Virus record (IMG/VR): IMGVR_UViG_3300038299_000097
Coordinates: 10,816-74,815 of that record
Direction: 5' to 3' (one strand)
DNA length: 64,000 bases
Origin: a virus
The position numbers and the translations under genes were made by a program. The notes beneath the pieces are model-generated. The model worked only from the letters and a program-made list of their open reading frames with translations, did not search any database and was not told the origin of the DNA. The number at the start of each line of letters is the position of its first letter. The first letter of the stretch is position 1. Shown here piece after piece: positions 49,288 to 59,404 of this stretch.

Positions 49288-50460
49288 ATGGCATCCAAAA
49301 ACATAAGCATCGTAACGGGTGACAATAATACACCAGTTACTAGTAGAACTACTCGTAGATCTGATATTGATAACGGTAATAAATCTATCCCATTGTATAT
49401 ACATAGTGGTCATGATAATGCCAACCCCTATTATTCATTCCCTCACGGGTCGCCAGAGAATAAAATAAAGGGTGGTATCGACGTTGTTAATAGAGGGGGT
49501 TGGACACAGTCACCTATAGAATCGAGAGAACATGTTGTACCTATCATCATAACAGAATACCAACCTAAATACTCATCGGTATTGAACAACTTACTCAAAA
49601 ATGGTAATATACTTGCACAATTTGCTGATCAAGCAAAGAGTGTAGATGTCGGTGAAACTTTGGGTTCTGTAGGTGGCGCAGCTAGGGGTATAAAGGCTGT
49701 TACTGAGACATACTTGGCTAACCCTATAGCCAACTCTTTCCAAGCCAATAAGACGGGGTTCTCTTATAAATTACCATATCTAAAACTAGATGCACAAAGT
49801 TATGCAACTATGTTCAATGATGGCGACGAAGGTAAACAGAATGTTCTATCTAAGGCGTTGGATTTTACAAAAAGTCGCTTGGCTAATAACGCTAGTGCCC
49901 CATTAAAAGGTGCTGGGGGTCTTTTCGTTTTAGCGGGTTCATTAGGTAATGCTGTAAGTGATATAGCATCATCGGTACTCCCAGCAATAAACCCAGCAAA
50001 CGCCCGTGATCAATTCTACAAGGGTTCAAGCCCTGTTTCTTACGAGCTTAAACTTGAGCTTATGAACAACATGGATTTCCAACAGATGAAATTCCATAAG
50101 GAACTTATCGAATTATGGACCCACCAAATGGGTATGGGAGACCTCCGTACCCCTTACGTTGGCGATAGTCCATGTATTTATTCCATAGAGATACCCCAGA
50201 TACGCTGGTGTCCAGCAGCAAAGATAGATTTCTCTTACGAGGGTGTGGGCAACTTAACATATATTGACGGGGTACCTTACCCAGAGGGGTATCTATGCAC
50301 CTTTTCAGTAACTGAGTTCTTTCCCCCTATTCGTTCTGTATATCACCATTACGTAAAATATGGTGAGAAGTTCATGGCTATTACTACCCAAAAAGTGTGT
50401 GAGCAAGTTAACAGTGTTATTAAATCTGCTGGTGATCTGGTAAAGGGGTTGTTCTCATAA
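49288..50460 (+). CDS. Putative baseplate/tail-tube cap protein (gp48-like)
   Basis: Position between gp25 and gp6; TAATTA motif; C-terminal F.VTE. Confidence 0.45.
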   Translation: MASKNISIVTGDNNTPVTSRTTRRSDIDNGNKSIPLYIHSGHDNANPYYSFPHGSPENKIKGGIDVVNRGGWTQSPIESREHVVPIIITEYQPKYSSVLNNLLKNGNILAQFADQAKSVDVGETLGSVGGAARGIKAVTETYLANPIANSFQANKTGFSYKLPYLKLDAQSYATMFNDGDEGKQNVLSKALDFTKSRLANNASAPLKGAGGLFVLAGSLGNAVSDIASSVLPAINPANARDQFYKGSSPVSYELKLELMNNMDFQQMKFHKELIELWTHQMGMGDLRTPYVGDSPCIYSIEIPQIRWCPAAKIDFSYEGVGNLTYIDGVPYPEGYLCTFSVTEFFPPIRSVYHHYVKYGEKFMAITTQKVCEQVNSVIKSAGDLVKGLFS

Positions 50461-50488
50461 CACACCACTAGGTTATTAAATACTCATT

Positions 50489-50659
50489 TCAACAGTCATC
50501 AACATAACAACATATAGCCACAATTATACATATAACCACCACCACTGCAATCAATATACCAACGATTGGATTAATGCAAAGAGCTAGAATTGTGCCTATT
50601 AATATAAACTTGAATAAAAATATGCATAAGATACCTAATAAACTTAAAATTGTTTTCAT
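50489..50659 (-). CDS. 56-aa hydrophobic membrane peptide, not in ORF track
   Basis: MKTILSLLGILCIFLFKFILIGTILALCINPIVGILIAVVVVICIIVAICCYVDDC; TTGACA-N17-TACAGT-N6-ATG. Confidence 0.6.
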   Translation of the reverse strand: MKTILSLLGILCIFLFKFILIGTILALCINPIVGILIAVVVVICIIVAICCYVDDC

Positions 50660-50734
50660 AACACCACTGTATACTTAATAACCTTTATTGTCAAGAATTA
50701 CTTTAGTTTCTGGGTGCGGCTTATAATTATAAGC

Positions 50735-52474
50735 ATGGATATAAAGGAAGAATACCTAAAATTTAATGTAGGGTCTGTAAGTGAACTCATTAAACAGAAG
50801 CTGGAACCCCAGTTTCCAGACGTTGCATTTCGTGGTAGCTCTGCAAATATCATGGCAGAGACTATATCTTCAGTGTTCTCTATGCTGACATATCAATTGA
50901 ACAGAACTGCTTCAAACAGTACATTCTCCAAGACCGACTCACTAACATCTCTAATTGAACAAACAAAATTGTTAGGCTACAACCCTGTAGGGTACCAGCC
51001 CAGTTCAATGTTTGCGAACATTTTTCCAACAAACGGGTTTGATATCAAATCCTATACCATTCCTAGGTATTCCTATATTAACACCACTCTTGGCAGATTT
51101 AGTACTACTGAGGATCTAGAATTTTCATATTCTGGTTCCCCAGACATTGCACTTCTAGAGGATATTGTGTTAAAGGGTGGGCAATGGGTTGAGTACCCAT
51201 TATTAGTTGGTGATGGTACTACCAATCAACGTATTACAATTACGAATGATATGGGTAAGTTCATAGACCACAACTCTTTAAATGTATACATCAAGGATAC
51301 TGTTAATAATGGTAAGTGGGAAGAGTGGAACCAAGTTGATAGTTTGTTTTTAAGTAGTGGGTTTGATAGGGATTTCGAATCCCGACTCAACACTAAAGGC
51401 ACATACGACCTAACATTTGGTGATGGTGTGAATGGCTGCTTCATACCAGAAGGAGCATCGGTTGCTATCTATTATATGTCCATCATCACACCAGATGTTA
51501 CTGAAATAATTACACCTAACACAATATCTGAAGATTTGGTTAGATTCTCAACAGACCGAATCAATGAAATTCTCATTGATATCGTTGACGTTGGTAAGAC
51601 GTTCGTACTAGGTGTCACATCAGGGTCATTCTATGTTGAGAACACATCAACATCCACAGGGTATTCAAACCCTGAAGATTTAACAGATATTCGTAGAAAT
51701 GCACCAGTAGCGTTCCAGACCCAGAATAGATTGGTCACTGCTGAAGACTATCGTTCATTCGTTAGTAATAACTTCTCGGACTTCATATCTGATGTAGTAG
51801 TCCTTTCAAACACCGAGTTTGTGGATGGATACATGCAATACTATTATGAGCAAGGGTTGGAAAATCCATTACTTGAGTCTAGGGCACTGTACAACCAAAT
51901 AGAGTATGCAGATGCATGTAACTTTAATAATGTATACGTATTCTTGATACCTAAGTCTGGTAACTATGTCAGTGATATACAGAAGAAGTTGATTATTGAC
52001 TCCGTAGATAAAACAAAAACACTAACCACAAGTGTTGTACCTTCAGACCCTATCTATATAAATTTCGGTATAGCAACACCAACGACTGGTATAACAGAGG
52101 AAGACTTAAATACTAGCACACTTCAAATCACTAAATCCTCAAACTCTAATAGGAGTGATGATGATATAAGAACAACCGTGTATAACACCATTGTAAACTA
52201 CTTCGATGAGAGATCCTCATTATTCACCAACACTGTTGATGCGTATGAGCTAAACGCGCTACTATTAAACATAGGAGGGGTGCAGGCAGTCCATACTGTG
52301 AATAGTACAATCTCCAATGTGGGGTTACAGCTATACCAGTTCAACCCACAGTTCCCTTCTAAGGTGTACACAACCCCGCCAAATATACTCTTCTCGGAAA
52401 TATTCGTCCCACGTCTATACGACAACAACCTATTGAATAAAATCATAATTACACAATCCAATGTCAACAACTAA
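50735..52474 (+). CDS. Baseplate wedge protein (gp6-like)
   Basis: F.GS, LGYNP, FGDGVNG and IRRNAP..F.TQNRLVTAEDY motifs. Confidence 0.9.
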   Translation: MDIKEEYLKFNVGSVSELIKQKLEPQFPDVAFRGSSANIMAETISSVFSMLTYQLNRTASNSTFSKTDSLTSLIEQTKLLGYNPVGYQPSSMFANIFPTNGFDIKSYTIPRYSYINTTLGRFSTTEDLEFSYSGSPDIALLEDIVLKGGQWVEYPLLVGDGTTNQRITITNDMGKFIDHNSLNVYIKDTVNNGKWEEWNQVDSLFLSSGFDRDFESRLNTKGTYDLTFGDGVNGCFIPEGASVAIYYMSIITPDVTEIITPNTISEDLVRFSTDRINEILIDIVDVGKTFVLGVTSGSFYVENTSTSTGYSNPEDLTDIRRNAPVAFQTQNRLVTAEDYRSFVSNNFSDFISDVVVLSNTEFVDGYMQYYYEQGLENPLLESRALYNQIEYADACNFNNVYVFLIPKSGNYVSDIQKKLIIDSVDKTKTLTTSVVPSDPIYINFGIATPTTGITEEDLNTSTLQITKSSNSNRSDDDIRTTVYNTIVNYFDERSSLFTNTVDAYELNALLLNIGGVQAVHTVNSTISNVGLQLYQFNPQFPSKVYTTPPNILFSEIFVPRLYDNNLLNKIIITQSNVNN

Positions 52475-54350
52475 TATAACACTCGACGGTAGTAACTATG
52501 TGCAATTACCATCCGACGATGCATTATATAATGATAGTGGTGTTTATGTGAATATAAACATGTCACTTGAAAACTGGAACTATGAAGGCTCGTCACAAAT
52601 TGTGGGTAACTACAATGGTCAAGGTTATGGTCTGTTTTATAACAAAGGGTTTGAGGACAATCCCGAGTTCAATATAATGGATAGTGGTAATAAGCACTTA
52701 TTCAACTTTAACCATACAGGGGGTCTAATAGACCAAAAGCCTGTACAAAACACAGATGCGGTATTCACAGCATATATGGTGGATCACCGTGATTATAGAT
52801 ATTACTTTGATCAATTCAATTTGATATGTTATAAGTTTGATATTGATAATATATTAAAATATACTTTCCCTATTGAACCAAACGCAGTTATTAGTGTTGT
52901 AGTACCCGATAAGGAGGGTGATGTTTATTTCATGGATACCTTTGCGGGTATGATACACAAGTACAAAGGTAGTGATGGCACTCTTATAGAGTCGGTTGCT
53001 CCCGAACACCCCGAACACAATAACATGATTGTGCTCATAGATGGCACAATAAAAACATTTTTCTCTACTGCTGGTACACCAATGTTGGTAGACACAGAGG
53101 AGAACACTTATAATATATGGGGTGCCAACATATATAAAAACGGCTCACCATGGTTTTTCACAAACTCATCAACCAATACCATTGGTATTGATATGGACGA
53201 TAATATATGGGTGGTATATAATAACAACAGGGTTCTTAAAATTAACACATTTGGTGTTATAGAATTTGATAGAGTATTCCATAACATAAAACCTTGTACG
53301 GTTAGCGACTGTGCAACGATTCCCAAAACCACTGATAAGGTTTGTTTGGGCTTTACTAAGTTCGATGGTGAGGTCAGGACATGGATCGTGTTGAATGAGT
53401 CTAACTATATATTACAACTAAGTACCCGTGGGGGTCTATTAGGTTGTGAACTAGTTTCAAGCCTTCTGGATGATAACCTTTATACAGATGTTGATTTTAG
53501 TTCCATGAATCTAATGACGAATGGTGATTTTACAGGCTTCAACTCTAAGAAGAGATTTAACGCAGATATTATAAATAACTCCAACATAACTGCTAAAATA
53601 GCATTGGTAGACCCTTGTGATTCCTCTGTAGATATCATAGTTTTAACCACCGATGTGACAAGTCTTGATAGTGGCGAACACAATATTGTGTTTGGTTACA
53701 ATCCAGTGGGTGGTGTTGGGGAGTTACTTATAGATGGTGTTGTTAAGGCATCATTTGTACAAACTGGTCTGATTTATTATAAGAGTGGTAATAAAACGCC
53801 TTATTTAATAGGTGCCGATAGTGGTAACTATAGATCAAAACGCGAAGAACAAGGTATGGGTAGTGGTGGTTATTTAAAAGCTGTTATAACAGATCTATTA
53901 ATATCAACCAAGCCACAGACTGAGAGATTAAACAAAGTAGTTCTTAATAATATGAGTATAGAACTACCTACAACATATCCCATATCCTATAAGGAGCGTG
54001 TTGATAAGTTCTTCCTTATGAGACCAGCAGGATTTAAGTCCACTAGATATAACATAGATCTAAACAATACTGGTATTACTGATACGGGTGTTAGGTCACT
54101 CGTAGAGTCTGATGTGTCTAAAGTTGTGAAGACTAAGTCACCCATACACAACACACTCGATTCCATCAATTGGCGTGAGGATACCCGATTAAGGTGGCGA
54201 TCACGTAAACTTTGTAACTCCTTGTCGTGGGTGGATTCAGAAGTATGGGTGGATTCAGAAGTATGGTGTGAAAGTGGTATTAACCCTTCATGGATAGATT
54301 GTGAGCCATGGGTTGACGCAGAGGTGTGGTCAGAAACTGAATTACCCTAA
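52461..54350 (+). CDS. Virion protein (LamG-like plus beta-propeller-like) with WVDSEV repeats
   Basis: LDGSNYVQL, HNIVF.Y..LLIDG..IGA motifs; 18-bp repeat near 54228. Confidence 0.55.
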   Translation: MSTTNITLDGSNYVQLPSDDALYNDSGVYVNINMSLENWNYEGSSQIVGNYNGQGYGLFYNKGFEDNPEFNIMDSGNKHLFNFNHTGGLIDQKPVQNTDAVFTAYMVDHRDYRYYFDQFNLICYKFDIDNILKYTFPIEPNAVISVVVPDKEGDVYFMDTFAGMIHKYKGSDGTLIESVAPEHPEHNNMIVLIDGTIKTFFSTAGTPMLVDTEENTYNIWGANIYKNGSPWFFTNSSTNTIGIDMDDNIWVVYNNNRVLKINTFGVIEFDRVFHNIKPCTVSDCATIPKTTDKVCLGFTKFDGEVRTWIVLNESNYILQLSTRGGLLGCELVSSLLDDNLYTDVDFSSMNLMTNGDFTGFNSKKRFNADIINNSNITAKIALVDPCDSSVDIIVLTTDVTSLDSGEHNIVFGYNPVGGVGELLIDGVVKASFVQTGLIYYKSGNKTPYLIGADSGNYRSKREEQGMGSGGYLKAVITDLLISTKPQTERLNKVVLNNMSIELPTTYPISYKERVDKFFLMRPAGFKSTRYNIDLNNTGITDTGVRSLVESDVSKVVKTKSPIHNTLDSINWREDTRLRWRSRKLCNSLSWVDSEVWVDSEVWCESGINPSWIDCEPWVDAEVWSETELP

Positions 54351-54371
54351 CATTTATACATAATTAGATAT

Positions 54372-55508
54372 ATGAGTTTTAAAGCATTCTATAACGAATA
54401 TGTGAAAGAATCAAATATGCCAACTGTTATGACCCGATTTATAATAGAGGCGTTTGATGCGGCTAAGGCAGATGCTAAAGGTATCCAATATAGGGAGACC
54501 GAGGTTGCTGGTGTTAAAGTTGTTATCACTGGTAAACGTGGTATAGAATTCGGTCATGATAGCACAGTTATCATCAACCAATCGGATCTTATTGATGCAT
54601 CCTCATCATTCTGTCAGTATAACCCACAGATCAACCAGTTCGCCAAGGAGAGTCCAGAGAATTTATTCTATGTATTGGGCTTAGTTGTCGGAACGATTGG
54701 CTCTAGCTGGGTTCAGTTCCGTAATCTATACCCAGTGTATGCAGCTTACGTTAAACAAACTGATGGCAGGGACTTTCCCGTTGAGTACATCATTGGTCTT
54801 GATGGTAAGAAGGTTAAGGTTGCTCGATGGTTCATGAAGGGTGCCCCTAAATACATGAAGAGAATTTGGGCACAACGCGAATTCCTTTATAAGAAAATCT
54901 ATGAAGACGATTTAATTTCTGATGAGTATGAACTATATAAGTTCATCATCAAACACGTTGACGGAATGGCAACAGTTAAAGCAGCATTTGCAGTACAGTT
55001 ACTAACAGGTAAGTTGGGTTGTATTGATAATATAAACTCGGACATATATGGTGCCCCTGTAACTATCACCAACGCCACTGGTCAACAAATTGATGCACCT
55101 GCATTTAAAACTGTGAAGGGTGATGATGGTAAGCGTGTCAAAACTGATAACCTATCACCTAAAGGTAAGCGTGTCATCAACGACTACATCGATTTTGTAA
55201 AGGCTATCGGTAAAGCAGCTAACAGCCCTTACTCCCAGAGACTATGGGATGACTGGACACAGTTAGCAGCAGCCAAGTCCGTATTCTCAGATAGCCACAA
55301 ACAGATACAATTTAACCTTGTGGATGGTCGCACAGCTATCATGCCTACATACACCAACGATAAGAACTCAGCAGAGTATACCGAGTTCCTTAACAACGCT
55401 CGTAAGAGTGGTGTAGATCCATTTGGTGGTGTAGAGATAGGTAAGGATCACTTCACGGTACCTAAGATGGCTGGGGAAATCGACGATGCTAGTGATAGAG
55501 TTTCTTAA
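54372..55508 (+). CDS. Hypothetical protein with HhH-like motif
   Basis: VDGMATVKAAFAVQL..G..GCID; TAATTA-N5-ATG. Confidence 0.55.
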   Translation: MSFKAFYNEYVKESNMPTVMTRFIIEAFDAAKADAKGIQYRETEVAGVKVVITGKRGIEFGHDSTVIINQSDLIDASSSFCQYNPQINQFAKESPENLFYVLGLVVGTIGSSWVQFRNLYPVYAAYVKQTDGRDFPVEYIIGLDGKKVKVARWFMKGAPKYMKRIWAQREFLYKKIYEDDLISDEYELYKFIIKHVDGMATVKAAFAVQLLTGKLGCIDNINSDIYGAPVTITNATGQQIDAPAFKTVKGDDGKRVKTDNLSPKGKRVINDYIDFVKAIGKAANSPYSQRLWDDWTQLAAAKSVFSDSHKQIQFNLVDGRTAIMPTYTNDKNSAEYTEFLNNARKSGVDPFGGVEIGKDHFTVPKMAGEIDDASDRVS

Positions 55509-55824
55509 AACAGAAGTCGTCATAGACTTCTAATATAAATTCACAATGACAACGCCTAGGTTTGCAGAAGCAGCCTAGGCGTTTTTCTTTCTTGAAATCG
55601 TACAATGTGTTAATTGCTTTCATTATAACAGGATCATCAATCATATATCTTTTCCATATGTATTCGCCATACATGTCTATAGACACATCCCTAGTGTATT
55701 CCTTAAGGTCAAATGGGTTGCCCAACACGGTTAGATCTACACCATGTTGTGAGGGTATAAAAGAAGAAGCCCTACCACAGTAATGTGTACAGGACTCCTT
55801 CTTGATATTTACGATGGAAATCAT
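55489..55824 (-). CDS. DUF4326 family protein
   Basis: YCGR...LGNPF...LGCFCKP..CH motifs. Confidence 0.85.
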   Translation of the reverse strand: MISIVNIKKESCTHYCGRASSFIPSQHGVDLTVLGNPFDLKEYTRDVSIDMYGEYIWKRYMIDDPVIMKAINTLYDFKKEKRLGCFCKPRRCHCEFILEVYDDFCFKKLYH

Positions 55825-56505
55825 TTATTTGAAATCATTAAAACACCCATGGTCTTCCATTTCTTTGACCATCTCAGCATCCTCTTTAACATCTTTACCA
55901 TCATCAACCCCAACAATAAAATTATCAAAATTTAAAGGTGGTTCGGTAGAAGTCTCCTTACGAAACTTATTGATAAGGTTAGTTGTCCAACGTCTGGCTG
56001 ACCACTTACTATCCTTACGGAGTTCAGCATTCTCAGAACGTAGTTTACGAAGTTTAAGTCTATGATCCATAACCTCGTGGTTACGTTGTGTAACACTATC
56101 AGACCACATCTCTAGTACACCAGAAATCATAGTGTTATTAACACTATCACGATCTAGTTCTACACCATTTTGTAGGTCCTTAGAAACATTACTAGTGAGA
56201 AATTTGAAAGGTTCTGAATAATCAGTACCCGCCCTACCCAACACTTTAATAGATCCAGCATACTCCTTGACGATAGATTCTGAACAGGATTTCAACATCT
56301 CGCCAGAATCATACGCCAACCCAGATTGTTTCTTGGCATAATCAAAATTACCAGTAACGGCACCACTCATATCCTGTAGTGGTGTAGTCGATAACAATCC
56401 AAGATCTTTAGATAATTGTTTAAATTCCTTAGTATTGGAATTAATAGAATCCTGTAGTGGTGTATGTAGCTCTTTGAAAGCCTTAACCTTTTCTTCGATA
56501 CTCAT
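55825..56505 (-). CDS. Hypothetical protein
   Basis: Coupled ORF. Confidence 0.6.
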   Translation of the reverse strand: MSIEEKVKAFKELHTPLQDSINSNTKEFKQLSKDLGLLSTTPLQDMSGAVTGNFDYAKKQSGLAYDSGEMLKSCSESIVKEYAGSIKVLGRAGTDYSEPFKFLTSNVSKDLQNGVELDRDSVNNTMISGVLEMWSDSVTQRNHEVMDHRLKLRKLRSENAELRKDSKWSARRWTTNLINKFRKETSTEPPLNFDNFIVGVDDGKDVKEDAEMVKEMEDHGCFNDFK

Positions 56506-56942
56506 GATAGTAGTGTCTTTACAGATTTAGCCACCATGCCACCGTCAGCCTTTCCATCAAGTTCTTTCTTACAAGCACCCATAACCTTACCCATATCTCT
56601 CATAGAGGTAGCGCCAAGCTTCTCAATGATAGAAACGACCACTGCATTCACAGAAGCCTCGTCAAGCTGCTCTGGGAGGTATTTCGAGAGGATATCGAAC
56701 TCTACTCGTTCCTTATCAACAAGATCCCATCTCTTACCCTCAGTGAAGGCTTTAATAGAGTCATCACGTTGTTTAGCTTGCTTCTTAACGATATCAAGAA
56801 CCTTGAGGTTATCGACCACGTTGCCGCCCTTTTCGAACCTAGTGATAGCTGCCTTGACATCCCGTAGTGTTGTTAGTACGACTTTGTCCTTACTCTTCAT
56901 AGCGTCTTTAAGATCGCTGTTTATTTGTTCCAGTGTGTTCAT
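56502..56942 (-). CDS. GatB/YqeY domain protein
   Basis: DLKDAMKSKD, KQRDDSI, YLPEQL and DMGKVMG motifs. Confidence 0.92.
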   Translation of the reverse strand: MNTLEQINSDLKDAMKSKDKVVLTTLRDVKAAITRFEKGGNVVDNLKVLDIVKKQAKQRDDSIKAFTEGKRWDLVDKERVEFDILSKYLPEQLDEASVNAVVVSIIEKLGATSMRDMGKVMGACKKELDGKADGGMVAKSVKTLLS

Positions 56943-57355
56943 TAGATTTTTCCTTCCGAAATCATTTTAATTTGTTCAGCCTCTGTCATTTTACCGAAAT
57001 CAATGTGTCGCTGGGCTGACTTGGACGGCACATATACATAATCTGGTTTTGGTTCGAGATCAAACAAAATTGCTTGCTCCTTCAAAAACTCCAGAGACAT
57101 TACTGTGGTGTAGTTACCGTCAAGTGATAGTTTATTGATCTTGGCGAAATTGGAGTTAATAGCGTCAAGAATAAGACTTGATTCATCGTTCATGGTATCG
57201 CCTTCGAAGACGAACCCTAACTTTGCTAGTTCCTCCATTCTCACGAAGTAGTCACCGAGTTTGGATTCTATCCAAATCTTTCTAAAATTGTTTACATTCA
57301 TGTTAAATTGCTGGTCTTGGGTAATCGAGCTTACCAGAGTGTTCGTACCCGTCAA
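56942..57355 (-). CDS. Hypothetical protein (start uncertain)
   Basis: ORF fills the operon gap. Confidence 0.55.
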   Translation of the reverse strand: MTGTNTLVSSITQDQQFNMNVNNFRKIWIESKLGDYFVRMEELAKLGFVFEGDTMNDESSLILDAINSNFAKINKLSLDGNYTTVMSLEFLKEQAILFDLEPKPDYVYVPSKSAQRHIDFGKMTEAEQIKMISEGKI

Positions 57356-57357
57356 GC

Positions 57358-58944
57358 TTATACCGCAACAATAGCGGGAATAGAGGACTGTGGTTCATAA
57401 TTAGTTAGAATAGTATCACCATGACACCAATCTAATACAGAATTAAATTCTGGAGTGGATACTATGGGCAAGTTGGACGGGGTTCTAGTCAATTGTTCGT
57501 TAATAGCATCAATATGATTTTCGTAAACATGGGCATCAATTAATGTACCCGTTAGTTCACCACATTCAAACCCTGTTTCTTTGGCTAGTAAATGTAGTAA
57601 CACGGCATATGATGCAAGATTAAATGGTACGCCAAGGAATATATCAGCACTTCGTTGTATCCAAGCCAGATTCAGCTTACCATCGGTTACCGTTATTATG
57701 AACATTAGATGGCAGGGTGGTAGTGCCATGTTTTTCAACTCTTTAGGATTCCAAGCCGAGCACACCATGCGTCTATCATTGGGATTGGTCTTTAATGTGT
57801 GTATAATATCAGACAATTGGTCTATGCTTTCGACACTAGGTTTGGTGACTTCAACCTTTGTTATATGCCACCCACTGGGTTTCCACACACTTTTCCCGTT
57901 TATATATCTTGATGCGTCACCACAATCAACAGAATATTTTTCACAGAAGCTATTTAAGCTTTTACCATGGTATTTCTTACCCGACTCATGGACTGCGACA
58001 AACTCGATACTTTTAGTGGTATTTTCCGACTGGGTAGCCCTGTTAGCCCAAATACATGATTCTTTAGAGTAGTAATACATTCCCTTTACATCTTTGTCTA
58101 AAGTGTATTCATCCCATTCACCCACCTTCAGATCCCAATTATCCAACAATACTACGTCTTCTAAAAAATATTCATAAACCAACCAATCATTAGATACATA
58201 AACCCCTCGACCCCCGTAGTTTTCATAATCTTTAGATTTAGTGTCATAGCACCTATTTATCATACGTTCCCATGTTGCAAATAGTTGTTTTGCTAAAGCT
58301 GGGTATTTAACCCTAGCCATACCTAAACATCCAACACCATCAAAAAAAGGGTGATAAGGGTTTTTAACCATCCCCCTATTTATATTACTCATACTATTAC
58401 CACTCTTAATATACCCATTATGTATAAACTGTATGGTTACATCTTTGGTAGATTTTTTATCCAATATAATAAAATCACCATACCTATTACTATTGTACAC
58501 TTTACCATCTATTGATGGTTTCATTACCCAGAATGGTATATTACCGAATGGTGGGTTATAAGTCTTTTTACCGTCAAATGAACGCCATTGATGACCGTAA
58601 AATGATCCACAGTCACTGGAATTTAATTGGTATAATTTTCTAGACTCGTCACCATGTAATAAAGACCTCCCATCAACATATGAAAACTCGTTCCATATTT
58701 TACAACCATTATCATTATACCAATTTTTGTCGGTAATGCCTTTGATAAACCCTTCCAGTTCCACTTTTAGGGTTTTCCATGCAATTTTCTTAGTTGTTAG
58801 TATGGGGAATCCTTCAGACATATCATGTCTTAATGTTCTGTGGAATAAAGTTCTAGTGCCTGTCCCTGTTCTATCACCTTTATGACACCCGCTATCTCTA
58901 GCTTCCTTTAAAAGGTTTAGATATTGTTCTTCAATTGTTTCCAT
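57358..58944 (-). CDS. thyA: Thymidylate synthase with in-frame HNH endonuclease insertion
   Basis: DRTGTGT, YGHQWR, DQL, RR, ALPPCH, QRSAD.FLGVPFN and HVYENH motifs; about 247 extra residues. Confidence 0.93.
   Translation of the reverse strand: METIEEQYLNLLKEARDSGCHKGDRTGTGTRTLFHRTLRHDMSEGFPILTTKKIAWKTLKVELEGFIKGITDKNWYNDNGCKIWNEFSYVDGRSLLHGDESRKLYQLNSSDCGSFYGHQWRSFDGKKTYNPPFGNIPFWVMKPSIDGKVYNSNRYGDFIILDKKSTKDVTIQFIHNGYIKSGNSMSNINRGMVKNPYHPFFDGVGCLGMARVKYPALAKQLFATWERMINRCYDTKSKDYENYGGRGVYVSNDWLVYEYFLEDVVLLDNWDLKVGEWDEYTLDKDVKGMYYYSKESCIWANRATQSENTTKSIEFVAVHESGKKYHGKSLNSFCEKYSVDCGDASRYINGKSVWKPSGWHITKVEVTKPSVESIDQLSDIIHTLKTNPNDRRMVCSAWNPKELKNMALPPCHLMFIITVTDGKLNLAWIQRSADIFLGVPFNLASYAVLLHLLAKETGFECGELTGTLIDAHVYENHIDAINEQLTRTPSNLPIVSTPEFNSVLDWCHGDTILTNYEPQSSIPAIVAV
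57829..58569 (-). mobile_element. HNH-type homing endonuclease domain embedded in thyA
   Basis: W..MINRCY...NYGGRGV.V..W...F, LDKD..YSKESC.W, C-terminal SL..FC..Y HTH-like region. Confidence 0.8.
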
Positions 58945-59404
58945 TATCTCGTTTGAGTATTTCTATACATCTGGCCTTGTGTTCCTGTCTAAGACCTGTG
59001 TCGAAGTTTGTATTCACAAAGTTGTCAGCTTGCCACAACATCATATCACCATCATCATCGATGATCAAGTAGTTTTTGAAGTCCCAACCATTTTCTATAT
59101 TGTTAACTAACCATGTTCGAATTTCCCAACCTCGTGGGGAATTATTAAATGACGGGGTCTCACCCTTAAAGGTTATATCAAGACCAGCCTCTGAAAGTAT
59201 TCTCTGTACCTTATCAAGACCCATATAACGCCACGCACTACTGAGTACCACCTCGGCACCAGTCTCTTCCAATATCTCTTTGAGTATACTGATGGATTCT
59301 GGATCGAAATGCCTACCTTTAGGGTGCCCTTGACTACTTTTAAGCATAAAATACTGGCGATTATTTAGTACACCATCGATGTCTAGGAATATGATAGGTT
59401 TCAT
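58931..59404 (-). CDS. HAD phosphatase (HAD_SAK_2-like)
   Basis: FLDIDGVLN, VLSSAWR, RG.EI..WL and IIDD motifs. Confidence 0.85.
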   Translation of the reverse strand: MKPIIFLDIDGVLNNRQYFMLKSSQGHPKGRHFDPESISILKEILEETGAEVVLSSAWRYMGLDKVQRILSEAGLDITFKGETPSFNNSPRGWEIRTWLVNNIENGWDFKNYLIIDDDGDMMLWQADNFVNTNFDTGLRQEHKARCIEILKRDNGNN

